DNA of 64,000 nt from Somniosus microcephalus (Eukaryota). Both the position numbers and the translations under genes were made by a program. Location of the stretch: the NCBI GenBank assembly GCA_052327205.1, contig CM126212.1, positions 221,464,001-221,528,000 on the forward strand. The letters run 5' to 3'. The notes beneath the pieces are model-generated. The model was not told the DNA's origin. It searched no databases and saw nothing but the letters and a program-made list of their open reading frames with translations. Each line of letters starts with the position of its first letter. Within the stretch, counting starts at the first letter, position 1. Positions 24,195-37,269 of the stretch are shown here, in pieces.

Positions 24195-24665
24195 TTTTAC
24201 TTGTTCATGGGATGTGGGCATCGCTGGCAAGGCCAGCATTTATTGTCCTAATTGCCCTTGAGAAGGTGGTGGTGAGCCACCTTCTTGAACCGCTGCAGTC
24301 CGTGTGGTGATACTGTACTTCTTTGTAGCGGTTTGGTACAGCTGAGTGGCTTGCCAGATCATTTCAGAGGGCAGTTAAGAGTCAGCCACATTGCTGTGGG
24401 TCTGGAGTCACATATAGGCCAGACCGGGTAAGGACAGTAGATTTCCTTCCCTAAAGGACATTAGTGAACCAGATGGGTTTTTAACAACAATCTGATAGAT
24501 TCATGGTCACCATTACTGATACTAGCTTTTATATTCCAGATTTATTTAATTAACTGAATTTAAATTCCCCAGCTGCCATGGTGGGATTTGAATTTGCAAT
24601 TCTCTGGCTCATTAGTCCAGGCCTCTGGATTACTAGTCCAGTAACATAACCACTATGCTACCATA
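24195..24665 (-). mobile_element. tRNA-headed SINE with LINE-derived tail; second copy 51338-51725
   Basis: Head ggtagcatagtggtt (A box) ... ttcaaatccc (B box). Tail matches the LINE 3' end at 15350-15470. Confidence 0.75.
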
Positions 24666-25116
24666 CCCATTTTTAAACTTATATTCCCTGTTAATATTAA
24701 CAAATGTTCGGGACTAATAAATTCTGAATTGTTGCAAACGAGGGCAGCAGTGGAGCAGATAGTGTTCACCTCAGTGTCCCTGGTGTAGGGGAAAGGCAAA
24801 AACCACAGCCAGGATCAGAAAAATTCCGCTCCTAACTTCTACTCCGTAGAAAGGTTCTACTTCAGGTGAAAATAGAATCAGATCCGACTGTTGTTTAGTT
24901 AATCAATTTTCTTTAAGTACCCACCTGGGTGAAACTCCTCATATATATTATCCACCCAGCATCTCTCCAGGTATTCGAGGAAGGGTTGGTGGGAATTATC
25001 CAATGGACAACCAATCGAAAACTCAGCCACCGCTTCCCGAGCTGTCTGGAGCCTGGGAAGTTTGTACGTGTGTAGGGAGTGGTCGGTTCTGCAAGGATTG
25101 TATTAGGGGTGAGGAT

Positions 25117-26298
25117 TAGGGTTGCCAACTCTGGTTGGGTGTATTTCTGGAGGTTTAATCACATGACCTCCCGTCTCCCACTGCCCCGCCCCCACCATCG
25201 GCCGCCCAACACCTCCACCCTCGCGGCGCACCGCCTTCCTGAGCCAGCTGAGAAGCGAACAGACTCTTCATCACCCGACTGGACGACTCTCAACTTCCGG
25301 CCAATCGTCCCTTTTACCTTGTCGCCAATTTTTTTTTCATAAACATTGGGCCCAGAAATTCGGGTCGGGGGCTTCCCGCGGGTACAAGCCCCCGACCTGC
25401 ACTTACCTAGCGCGCCGGCCGTTGTGCTGTGGGCCCGCGTGGGATTCCGATCCTGGGCCTCCTCCAGCTGCCGGCGCGCAGTGCTTGCGTATCCCAGGGG
25501 CACAGTTAGTTCGAAGCGTCCCCTGGGATCACGTGGGCCATGGAGAGCCAATCGTAGCAGGGAATCTCTATTCATAGATTTGACGGGAAGACCTGTCAAA
25601 TCTATGAATAGAGATTGGCCCCAAAACCTAACTAAAACTTCAAATAAATTTTTTAAAAACATCACATATTTAAAATAACTATAAATTACATTAAATAACT
25701 ATTTTAAACAATAATTTAAACTTTTGAAAAAATTAATTACAGTTTTTAACGGGGCTAACAATAAACTTACCTTTCTTTAAAGTATTTAAAAATAATAAAC
25801 CTGTGCAAAAAATTTTTTAATTTTCCATTTTAATTCACCACTTACCTTGTTAAAAGCAGGCCTTGCGACTGCTTTTTAAATGCGCAGCTGCTGGAGACTT
25901 ACCCTCCCGGAGAAACCTGTAACATAAACGGAAGTTCCAGGTGTACGCGCTGCCTCTCCGGCGCATGCGTTTGACCTGTGAACCCCTTCCTTCAAGGGAA
26001 CGGAAGTTCCGGTTTCCAGCGCATACACAGTGCATGCACGAAACCGGCACTTTCGTTGGGCCTACGCATGAGTACCCAGCGCGTACTCACCCATGGGGAC
26101 CCGAATTTCTGGCCCAATAATAAGCGGAAGTGTTCAAAAGAAAATTTTTTTTAAAACCACACCCTTTTTAAAAAATCTCCAGATGATTTTTCTCCTGGGT
26201 TGGCTTGCAGCAGTTCCCTGGAGACCAATCTTCAATTCCTGGAGCCTCCAGCACAATCCTGGAGCCTCCAGCACAATCCTGGAGGATTGGCAACCCTA
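25117..26298. mobile_element. hAT-family MITE
   Basis: TIR TAGGGTTGCCAA / TTGGCAACCCTA; 8-bp TSD gtgaggat / gtggggat (7/8). Confidence 0.85.
25348..26115. mobile_element. Harbinger-like MITE nested in the hAT MITE
   Basis: TIR gggcccagaaattcgggtc / gacccgaatttctggccc; internal 22-bp perfect hairpin. Confidence 0.8.
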
Positions 26299-26508
26299 GT
26301 GGGGATGGAAGAAATAGTCAAACTTTTACCAAGGGGCGGGAAGGTTTTGTACTCTGTCACAGGCCTTCTGTTAGTTTGACTGCGGTGAAAGGTGTTGTTT
26401 TGTGCTCAGTGCCACCTACTGGTTTAGGGCCATAACTTCCACTGTCCCAAGTCTCCTTCTCCAGTGTACTTAACATGGCGCTCAATTTACAGTTGCAGGA
26501 AACCCCTT

Positions 26509-27184
26509 GGGGGAAAAATTGGGTTGCTTTGCACCTCCGGTTAGCGCCCCGGCAAAGCAACTGGACGCAAAGCAACTGGCACCTGGGCGCGGCGCCGCTA
26601 ACGCCTCTTGCGAAATTCGGCGGTAGGTTAGCGGCGGCGGTAGCCAGTAGCGTTCCGTGGCGCTGCACCTCCGGCGATGATGTCATTGCCGTGCGCAGCG
26701 TCCCGCTCACACTCCGGCTGCAAACCTCGGTCACGCCCCCTGACCTACCGCCGGACGCTATGTCCGACAGGATCAGGGTGGTGTTTTTGCGGCTGCAGCG
26801 GCCAGCACCTGCCCCCCCCCCCCCCGCTTCTTCATGTGGGGTGCCGGCTGCGATTGGTCAGCCCGGCACTCCTCTTGAGTGCCGGGCTGTTTTCACGGCA
26901 CCCCGCTCCCTGGTGGTCCAGCAGCGCTAGGCCCCTCCCCTTTAATCAGGGGAGGGAGGCCTGTAATACCGCGGCACTACGTACTGACGTGCGTGGCGCT
27001 GTTGCACGTAGCGCCGCGATATTGAATAGTAGCGCCCCAAGAGGGAGGAGGAGCGTTTTCAGGAGCGCCCCGCCTCCTGCTTGGGGCGCTACCACTCAAT
27101 TTACGGCGCAGGGGCGCTAACTTTTTCGGTAGCTCCCCAGCGAAGTTAGCACCCCAAAGGGGGCACGACCCAATTTTCCCCCCC
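26509..27184. mobile_element. Harbinger-like MITE
   Basis: TIR gggggaaaaattgggt / acccaattttccccccc; likely 3-bp TSD (ctt or ttg); AGCGCC-rich. Confidence 0.75.
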
Positions 27185-27904
27185 TTGAGTTTAAACACGT
27201 ACTGACATAGTGTCAATTCATAAGACTTCTGAAGATTAATCAACAGCAAAAGAAGAAATCATGACATTAAGAGTCGAGCTCTGTTGAAAGCCTCTTTAAT
27301 TTTTAAAAAAATATTTTCTAATTCTCCTGCAGCATCAGCTGCCAATCAACGTGCTCAAGCTTCTGGCATTTGTTTGAACTCAAAGGCCATGCCCTGTTGT
27401 GAAAGGCTCAGCACTTTATCTTACAGGACCTTGTGTCAGGCAAAGAGGATATACTGAAGTAATGGACCTATTTTCTTCTCAAACCTTTGAGAGGTCCATA
27501 GGATTTGTTAAAATTAGTTCACAGGATGTGGGTGACACGGGACTGGGGTCATCGCCTAGCCCTAGTTTCCCTGAGAAGGTGGTGGTGGGCCTCCTTCTTT
27601 AAGTAGTGATTGTTTGGACAGCTGCGTGGTTTGCCAGGCACCTTCAGGAGGCATGAGAGTCAACCGTGTCGTCTGGGGCCGGAATCATGTGTAGGTCAGT
27701 CTGGCCGCAGCTCAGAATAAATTGCCAGTCTCACTCCGAGGGCAATGAGGACTGTTGTTATGCGAGACGGAAGTGGCACAATGGTGCAGTCATATTGTTC
27801 ATCTGATGCTGAGGTGAACACATTTTGTTAGTGAAGAGTAGAAGTATGTTTGATGTTGGCACTGGGTTGCCCAAGATAACAGAAGATACCTGCCAGCGCA
27901 TTTC

Positions 27905-28220
27905 ACACTTCATCTAGAGCCATACTCTGTCTCTTTACCTGTCCTATTACCATCTCGTCTCACCTTGAATATCTCTTAATGTCTCCTCACCCCTCCCAGA
28001 CCTTCCCTTTTGTTCTTTCATCCCCTCCCCCATTTCCCAGCCCCCTAACTTGCTTCTTAATCTGTTTCATTTCCTGCTTTTTTTTCTCAGTTCTGACGAA
28101 GGGTCTTCGACCTGAAACGTTAACTCTGTTTCTCTCTCCACGGATGCTGCCTGGCCTGCTGAGTTTTTCCAGCATTTTCTGTTGTTATTTTGGATTTCCA
28201 GCATCCGCAGTATTTTGCTA
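27905..28220 (+). mobile_element. Penelope-like pseudo-LTR
   Basis: Homologous to 4780-5100; ends ...tttccagcatccgcagtattttgct. Confidence 0.75.
28089..28125 (+). ncRNA. Minimal type I hammerhead ribozyme motif
   Basis: AGUU-CUGACGA-A-GGGUC-UUC-GACCU-GAAA-CGUU-AACU: conserved core, stem I AGUU/AACU, stem II, palindromic ACGU in place of stem III. Confidence 0.65.
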
Positions 28221-30179
28221 TCATAACGGAAGATGTGTTCTGCTCCTCACGGTCGACATCCATCACTTTAGTGAGGACAAAATGTAAATTTGAAAAGTTA
28301 TATTTTCTCAAATGTTAAAATTACAGCATTGCCATGGGAACGGAATGCTAGTTGCTGACAGCATTCATTTCAGACAACTTTCCAGAGTATCGTCTTGAGA
28401 TTTCCCAAAAATGCTAGCGAGCAGTTAAGATGTGGTGAAGTACGAGGCATGTGAGGTGGCCCACCTGATGCCTATCCATAAAAAAGGCGCCATGATACAC
28501 AGGCCGTGAGTAATTGTGGCAATGGCTAATCCAGAGTTGCCTGGGTTAAAGGTGAAGTGATGGAAGTAGTAAGCGTGTCAATAGTGCAAATAGCCAGAAG
28601 ACTGTCAACATTTGTTTGAAAAAAGCAAGTCAGAAGGAATATGGCTGTTCTTTTTAAGAGAAAAGAACAGAGAGCCAGCGTTGTGCAAAGTAAAAATGAG
28701 CCATTGTATCGAGCAGCAGCTTTATCAAAGGTTTGCTCACAGATCTTAAGGCAGAACACCTGTGCTAAGTCGACATCAATGACTGTAGATACCCCACTGT
28801 CTCCACCTGTTAGTGAAGTATGCAAATCATTTGTTTGGCAGCGATACAAATAGTCTTCAAGCAACACTCGCTCACATGACTGGCAGAGATGTTTTGCCAT
28901 TCAGGATGTTCTGTTCCTCACCAGTCATTTGGGGGGCATTTCAAGCAGAAGTTAATAAACAGTATAAAGTGATTGATCATTGCCAGATAGTGATGAGCAA
29001 TATATTGGCTCACAGGAAGAAAGGTAACTAGATCAGCCTGACATTGAATAAATGGATTTCAACATGAACCAGACAACATACCAGCGTAAGTGTCCATGGA
29101 AAGGGTGAAAAGTTTTGGGTTGATTCGAGTTCACGGTCCAGAGCCAGCGGAAAGATATATCTAGCTACTAATGGGTGAAGCTTAAATCATATGAGCCTAA
29201 AGATCACTGTTGATAATAATTAATAGAGAAACACTTAATGCATTTGTATGACGTTCCTTATCCCTGTTTAGCCTGTTTTTCTGCTAATATTGTCAACATT
29301 AATATGTAAATTATGATCCTCTTTGTTGAATAACACAGTGTGGATCACAAGTGATGGTCATAGTATGTTGGAGAACTAGAAATGCCAAACAGGGACTCTA
29401 TTGTCTGCACGTAATCCTACCTGCAGTGCCAGATGTCTTAGACAACAACACCAAGCCTGGACCTGTTCCCCATCCCATTCATATGTCTCCCAACAAGTCC
29501 AACTCCAAAGAAGAAGATGCAACTGAATGCGACAGCAGTGACAGTGACTAGAGCAGATGTGATGGGGATAAGGATGCCAGTGGTGATGAGGAAGGTGGTG
29601 GGCTCAGAGTTATTCATATGTCAACTTCAGACATTAGTTTACTGGCACAAGGTGATATCCACCCTCAATCAAAAAAGGTGAGAGATGTCAACCTGTTTCA
29701 CACGTCTCGTGTGAATATATATGCTTCAGAGATATGTGAGAGGAACGTGGACAAGAACAGAGATTATTCCTGTATTGAAGGGTATGGTAGAAGGGCCTGC
29801 CCTCTACACTTTAAAGCATACTAGATCCAAAGATCTCCATTCAGAAGAGTATTATTGATCTGAAATACATAGTGGACATGAAGGTTAATTTCCTGACTTC
29901 ACATTCCTGATGGGGACGCTTACCCGCTGGGAGTGCATATCAGGCACTCGGCCAGGTAATGTGAAATCAAGCACCACACACACCCAGCGTTGCAATAGGT
30001 GCTTCTGTAGAGCAGAGCTGTATGTCAGGAGCACGAAGATGGAAAATTAGCTCAGTGTTCTGAATTTCTGAAAAGATTAATCAGATCCCAGTAACAGTGG
30101 CTGCAGTTCAGCTATTCTAATTGGCTTTAGAGGTTTCATGCCAGAGAGATGTCATCCTCCACAGGGCTCATGGTGCCAT

Positions 30180-31437
30180 GAATCATAGAATCAGTGCAGA
30201 AGGAGGCCATTCGGCCTGTCGAGCCCCGTGCCGGCTCTCTGCAAGAGCACTTCAGCTAGTCCCACTTCCCCACCCTTTCCCCGTAACCCTGCAAATTTTT
30301 TTCCTTCAGGTACTTATCCAATTCCCTTTTGAAAGCCGTGATTGAATCTGCCCCCACCACCCTTTCAGACAGTGCATTCCAGATCCTAACCACTCGCTGC
30401 GTAAAAAAGTTTTTCCTCATGTCGCCTTTGGTTCTTTTGCCAATCACCTTAAATCTGTGTCCTCTGGTTCTCGAACCTTCCGCCAATGGGAACAGTTTCT
30501 CTCTATCTACACTGTTTAGACCCCTCATGATTTTGAACACCTCTATCAAATGTCCTCTCAATCTTCTCTGCTCCAAGGAGAACAACCCCAGCTTCTCCAG
30601 TCTATCCTCGTAACTGAAGTCCCTCATCCCTGGAATCATTCTTGTAAATCTTTTCTGCACCCTCTCTAAGGCCTTCACATCCTTCCTAAAGTGTGGTGCC
30701 CAGAATTAGACACAATACTCCAGTTGGGGCCGAACCAGTGTTTTATAAAGGTTCATCATAATTTCCACGCTTTTGTACTCTATACCTCTATTTATGAAGC
30801 CCAGGATCCCGTATGCTTTTTTAACCGTTTTCTCAACCTGCCCTGCCACCTTCAATGATTTGTGCACATATACCCCCAGGTCTCTCTGTTCATGCACCCC
30901 CTTTAGAATCATACCCTTTAGTTTATATTGCCTCTCCTCATTCTTCCTACCAAAATGTATCACTTCACACTTTTCTGCGTTAAATTTCATCTGCCATGTG
31001 TCCGTCCATTTCACTATGTCTTCTTGAAGTCTATTACTATCCTCCTCACTGTTCGCTATACTTCCAAATTTTGTGTCATCTGCAAATTTTGAAATTGTGC
31101 CCTGTACTCCCAAGTCCAAGCCATTAATATATATCAAGAAAAGCAGTGGTCCTAGTACCGACCCCTGGGGAACACCACTGTATACCTTCCTCCAGTCCGA
31201 AAAACAACCGTTCACCACTACTCTCTGTTTCCTGTCATTTAGCCAATTTTGTATCCATGCTGCCACTGTCCCTTTTATTCCATGGGCTTCATCTTTGCTG
31301 GCAAGCCTATTATGTGGCACTTTGTCGAACGCCTTTTGGAAATCCATGTACACTACGTCAACTGCATTACCCTCATCAACCCTCTCTGTTAACTCATCAA
31401 AAAACTCGATCAAGTTAGTTAAACACGATTTGCCTTT
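30180..31437 (-). mobile_element. 5'-truncated CR1 LINE
   Basis: ORFs 30706-31536 and 30256-30678 with [21 protein letters not shown] and KFADDTK. Confidence 0.95.
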
Positions 31438-31692
31438 ATGAACCTTATAATCAATGAATTGGTTGCCCTGAATACAGCTATTGGCAAAGCACATTCTTTG
31501 ACCATGAGGAGGGCCTAGGAGCTGTGTTCTGATCATTTAAATGGCCAACTCCACTTCCTACAGAACTCTGAAGTTGTTTGTCAAACTTGGATGCAGGTGA
31601 CATTTCTTAATTTCTGCAGCTGGTGTAATGTGAAGTTTGTTGTTGGAGAAAAAAGCTCCTCTGTGGGACTCTTGAGACTGAAGCTGGAGCAA

Positions 31693-31990
31693 CACTTCTT
31701 CTTCTTCTGAGGCAGTCCCTCGGAACCGAGGATGACTTGCTTCCACATTAAAAATGATGAGTCCAATGCGGGACCTACAGTCTCTGGCACAGGTGGGGCA
31801 GACGGTGGTTGAAGGGGCGGGTGGGTGGGGTGCTTGGGTTGATGTGCGCTCCTTGCGCTGCCTGCACTTGGCTTCCGCTTGCTCCCGGCGAAGAGACTCG
31901 GTGTTCGGCGCCTTCCCGGATGCTTCTCCTCCATTTTGTGCGATCTTGGGCCAGGGATTCCCAGGTGTCGGCAGTGTCCAACGTGAGTGA
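31693..31990 (-). mobile_element. RTE-clade LINE 3' end
   Basis: WESLAQDRTKWRRSIREG ... CPTCARDCRSRIGL zinc-knuckle C-terminus and (GAA)n tail. Confidence 0.85.
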
Positions 31991-32534
31991 GCCCAACTAT
32001 CACTGAAGCAGCAGTCGGAGCTGTGATACAGGCATTTGCTTCGCTGCCACTTGCCTCTGCCGTGTCTAGCGCTAGCAATCTCCAAGCAATGATGAAGCAA
32101 GAGACATCACTTTTTGCAGCAAGCAGGGGTTCTATCTCCAGAGATTATATCATTATCTTTTACCCATTACTGCGCGCTTCTGTAGAGGCTAAGCATGCTT
32201 AATCAGGAGCTAGATTAACTTCGACAAAAACTTTGTTCTTATTCTGGCAATGACAGTCTTGACACTTCTGCTTCCTGAGGAGGTTTTGCAAAATAACAGC
32301 CACCAATACACTGGTTTTATTCATGAATGGTTGGATTCTTTTGATAGACTGTCAAAGTTTGAAAGGGGGATTGTTGTTTTCTGGATTTGTTAGTGACCGA
32401 TTCCGTGTGCTATTATGTTTGTTCCTGCTGATTGATAATGGATCTTTTATAGAATTGTTAAAAACATCAGTGGTGGTGCTGTTTTGTTTACTAGATGTAG
32501 TGTATACTTTGTGTATAAATAGGATGGAAGTATA

Positions 32535-32989
32535 AAAGAAAGACTTGCATTTTAACAGCGCCTTTCAAGAACTCAAGATGTCCCAAAGGGCTTTGCGGCC
32601 AATGAAGTATTTTTGAAATGTAGTCACTGTTGTAATGTAGGAAGCGCAGCACCCAATTTGCACACAGCAAGATCCCACAAACAATAATGAAATAAATGAC
32701 AAGGTAATCTGTTTTAGGTGCTGGTTGAGGGATAAATGTTGGATATGACTCCAGGGGAACTCTTCTGCTCTTCTTTGATTAGTACCATGGGATCTTTTAT
32801 ATCCACCCGAACGGGGACTGGGACACACGCGCACACACACGCGCACGCGCGCACACACGTGCACACACACACACACGATGCCTTTCTAAAGCTGTTTTAT
32901 TAAGGAGGAGGGAAAAAACAAAAGCAAGAAAGAAGCATTGATTGGGTTTCTCTGTTAATCTCCTTTTAATGTCTCATCCAAAAGATGGC
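32535..32989 (-). mobile_element. Deu-domain SINE, 3' part (5' part at 40839-40972), split by the Harbinger
   Basis: gtctcatccaaaagatggc | atctccgacagtgtagcactccc is contiguous in the intact copies (61040-61080). Confidence 0.8.
32823..32876. repeat. (CA)n/(CG)n microsatellite
   Basis: Alternating purine-pyrimidine run. Confidence 0.9.
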
Positions 32990-33580
32990 GGCCGCGATTT
33001 TGCCGGCGCTCAGAGGGCAGGTTTGGAGGCGGGGGTCAGAGGTTAAACTCGTTTTGATTGACGGCCGGTTCCGAACCCGCCCTCAACCCGCCTCCACGCA
33101 ACTTTGCAAAGTGTCGGGTCTGGGAGTCCCGATCAGACCCGACACCAAGCGGCGGGAGAGGCACTTAAGGCAGTTAACAGCTTGTTAGCTGCCTATATAA
33201 TCCAATTTTAGCGGGCTCTTCCCATTTTAGGACATTTTCAGCGTGTTCCACTCTGTTCGCAAAACACGCCAGCTGATTGTGGCGGGTTCAGCAACTACCT
33301 GAATTCTTGACGGCTGCTCCTGCAGCATAAAAGCGGACCTGTAACATGGCTGACTTTCAGATGGCAGAGGTGTTGGAACACTTTTTGCAGGTCTATTGAG
33401 CTTGTAAGTGGTTAAACTGACATCTATATATACTGTGACCTCCTTGGAAAACCCTCTTCCCACATTGCCTGAGCACTTACAACATCTATTCCTCAACTGA
33501 CATATATACCAGCGGAATGGGAACCATTCATACCCTCTCATCCTGGTCCTCAGAGGAGGAAGAGCAGCTGCGGCAGCAGC

Positions 33581-36500
33581 ATAAGAACATAAGAAATAGG
33601 AGCAGGAGTCGGCCATTCGGCCCTTCGAGCCTGCTCCGCCATTCAATGAGATCATGGCTGATCTTCTGCCTCAACTCCATTCACCGGCCCTATCGCCATA
33701 TCCCTTGATGTCCTTACTAGCCAGAAATCTATCGATTTCTGTTTTGAATATACCCAATGACTGAGCCTCCACAGCCCTCTGAGGTAGAGAATTCCAAACA
33801 TTCACCACCCTGTGTGAAGAAATTTCTTCTCATCTCAGTCCTGAATGGCCTACCCTTTATCCTGAGGCTGTGGCCCCTGGTTCTAGACTCCCCAGCCAAG
33901 GGAAACATTCTCCCAGCATCCACCCTATCAAGCCCTGTAATAATTTTGTATGCTTCAATAAGATCCCCTCTCATTCTTCTGAATTCAAGAGAATACAGGC
34001 CTAGTTTACTCAATCTCTTTTCATATGACAGGAATCAATCTCGTGAACCTTCATTGCACTCCCTCTATGGCAAGTATATCCTTCCTTAGGTAAGGAGACC
34101 AAAATTATACACAGTACTCCAGGTGTGGTCTCACCAAGGCCCGATATAATTGGAGTAAGACTTCTTTACTCCTGTACTCAAATCCTCTTGTAATGAAGAC
34201 CAGCATACCATTTGCCTTCCTAATGGCTTGCTGCACCTGCACATTCACTTTCAGTGACTCATGTACAAGGACACCCAGGTCCCTTTGAGCATCTGCGTTC
34301 CCCAATCTCTCACCATTTAGGAAATACTCTGCCTTTCTGTTTTTTCTACCAAAGTGGATAACTTCACATTTATCCACATTATAATCCATCTGCCATGTTC
34401 TCGCCCACTCACTGAGCCTGTCGAGATCCCTTTGAAGCCTCTTCACATCCTCTTCACAACTGACACTACCACCTAGCTTTGTGTCATCAGCAAATTTGGA
34501 AATGTTACATTTAGTCCCCTCATCCAAATCATTGATATAGATTGTGAATAGCTGGGGCCCAAGTACCGATCCTTGCAGTACCCCACTAGTCACAGCCTGC
34601 CATCCTGAAAAAGACCCATTTATCCCTACTCTTTGTTTTCTGTCTGTTAACCAATTCTCAATCCATGCTAGTATATTACCCCCAATTCCATGTGCCCTAA
34701 TTTTGTTCACCAACCTCTTGTGTGGGACCTTATCGAAGGCCTTCTGAAAATCCAAATACACCACATCTACCGGTTCCCCTTTGTCTACTCCACTAGTTAC
34801 ATCCTCAAAGAACTCCAATAGGTTTGTCAAACAGGACTTCCCTTTCATAAATCCATGTTGACTCTGCCCAATCTTATTACAGTAAACTCTTGTTTAAACG
34901 GCACCTAATCAACCAGAATTCTTTAATAACCGGCAAAATAGATAGCCGGTAATCTTGCCGAATCCATCCATTTCTCATTTTTCCGAGTTCGAGTTTCCCA
35001 CGGTGGCCGAGTTAGTCACTGGTTTTTATTTCTTTTGTGTTAAAAATTGCCTACCTCTCTGTTATCCGGAATTTTTAATCGACTGGCACCATCCCAGTCC
35101 CGTCGGTGCCGGATACGAAAGAGTTTACTGTATTAGTTTGTAAGTGCCCAGTTATTGCATCCTTTATAATAGATTCCAGCATTTTCCCAACTACTGACGT
35201 GAGGCTAACAGGTCTGTAGTTCCCCGTTTTCTCTCTCCCTCCTTTCTTAAGTAGTGGGGTTACATTTGCTATCTGCCAATATGCAGGAACCGTTCCAGAA
35301 TCTATAGAATTTTGGAAGATGACAACCAATGCGTCCACTATCCCAATGGCCACCTCTTTCAAAACCCTAGGCTGTAGTTCATCTGGTCCTTGAGATTTAT
35401 CGACTTTTAGTCCCATTAATTCTGCTAGTCCTTTTTTTTACTAATAATAATTTCTTTAAGTTCCTCATTCTCGCCACACCCTTGGTTTTCTCGTATTTCT
35501 GGGAGGTTTTTTGTGTCTTCCTCCGGGAAGACAGAAACAAAGTATTTATTTAATTTCTCTGCCACTTCCTCATTCCCCATTATAAATTCTCCTGTCTCTG
35601 ACTGTAAAGGACCTACATTTACCTTCGCCAGTCTTTTCCTTTTCACATGCCTATAGAAGCTTTTACAATCCGTTTTTATATTTTTCGCTAGTTTGTGCTC
35701 ATATTCCATTTTCCCTTTCTTTATCAATTTCTTGGTCCCCCTTTGCTGATTTCTAAAAAGATCCCAATCCTCAGGCTGACTGCTTTTTCTGGCAACTTTA
35801 TAAGCTTCCTCCTTTGACTTAATACTCGCTTTAATTTCTTTTGTTAGCCATGGTTGGATCACTTTTCCTTTTGGGTTTTTATGCCCTAGAGGAATATATG
35901 TTTGTTGCAATTATGCATTATTTCCTTGAATGTTAGTCATTGTATGTCCACCTTCATACCTTTTAGTGTAGTCTCCCAATCTACCATGGCCAACTTGTCC
36001 CTCATACCCTTGTAGTTTCCTCTGTTTAGATTGAAGACCTTAGTATCAGATTGGACTCTCAAACTTAATATAAAATTTAATCATATTAAGGTCACTTGTC
36101 CCTAAAGGCCCCTTTACCACAAGATTATTGATTAGCCCTTTCTCATTACACAGTACCAGATCCAGAATAGCCTGTTCCCTGGTTGATTCCTCCACATACT
36201 GATCCAGGAAACCATCTCGCATGCATTCCAAGAATTCGTCCTCCACACCATTAGTGGTAATTTGATTTGCCCAGTCAATATGTAGATTAAAGTCCCCCAT
36301 GATTACCGTATAGCCCTTGTTACATGCACTTCTAATCTCTTGATTGATACTGTGCCCGACATTACCACTACTGTTTGGTGGCCTATACACAACTCCCACC
36401 AATGTTTTCCGCCTTTTGCTGTTTCTTAGCTCCACCCAAACTGATTCCAGTTCCACATCACGGTCTGCCAAGCCAAGATCTTTTATCTCTACCGTACCGA

Positions 36501-37269
36501 TCTCATCCCTTATTAACAGCACTACGCCACCTCCTTTTCCTTTTTGTCTGTCCTTCCTAAATGTTGAGTACCCTGGAACATTCAGTTCCCAGCTTTGGTT
36601 ACCCTGCAACCATGTCTCTGTAATGACAATTACATCATGCCCATTTACTTCTATTAGTGCCATTAATTCATCCACCTTGTTGCGAATGCTACGTGCATTT
36701 AGATAAAGTGCCTTCAACTTTGCCTGTTTAATATTTTTCTGCACTTTGACCCTCTTTACTGTTGGCCTTTGTTTCTGCTCCCTACTAGTTTTGCTGACTA
36801 CTTTTCTAACTTGCACTTCCAGCTTTGTTTCTCTCTGTTCTGGGCCCACACTTAGGTTCCCAGCCCCCTGACAAACTAGTTTAAATCTTTCCCAACAGCA
36901 CTAGCAAACCCCCTTGCGAGGATATTGGTCCCGGTTCTGCCGAGGTGTAACCCGTCCAGCTTGTACAGGTCCCACCTTCCCCAGAATCGGTCCCAATGCC
37001 TCAGGAACTTAAATCTCTCCCTCCCACACCATCTCTCCAGCCATGCATTCATCTGGTCTGTTCTCCTATTTCTGCTCTCACTAGCATGTGGCACTGGGAG
37101 TAATCCTGAGATTACTACCTTTGAGGTCCTGCTTTTTAATCTCTTTCCTAGCTCCCTATATTCTGCTTGCAGAACCTCGTCCCTCTTTCTACCTATGTCA
37201 TTGGTACCGATATGGACCACGACCTCCGGCTGTTCACCCTCCCCCTTCAGAATGTCCTGCAGCCACTCC
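33581..37269 (-). mobile_element. Near full-length CR1 LINE (ORF1 esterase part, ORF2 EN and RT), decayed
   Basis: SGNH esterase VVVHIGTNDIG...DGLHL, endonuclease YLNARSIRNK/ITETW/GVVYRPP/MGDFN, RT FADDTK, tail at 33581. Confidence 0.95.
34880..35130. mobile_element. Tc1/mariner (Tigger/pogo-like) MITE inside the CR1
   Basis: Perfect 12-bp TIR CAGTAAACTCTT, TA on both sides (34878-79, 35131-32). It interrupts CR1 ORF2. Confidence 0.88.
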
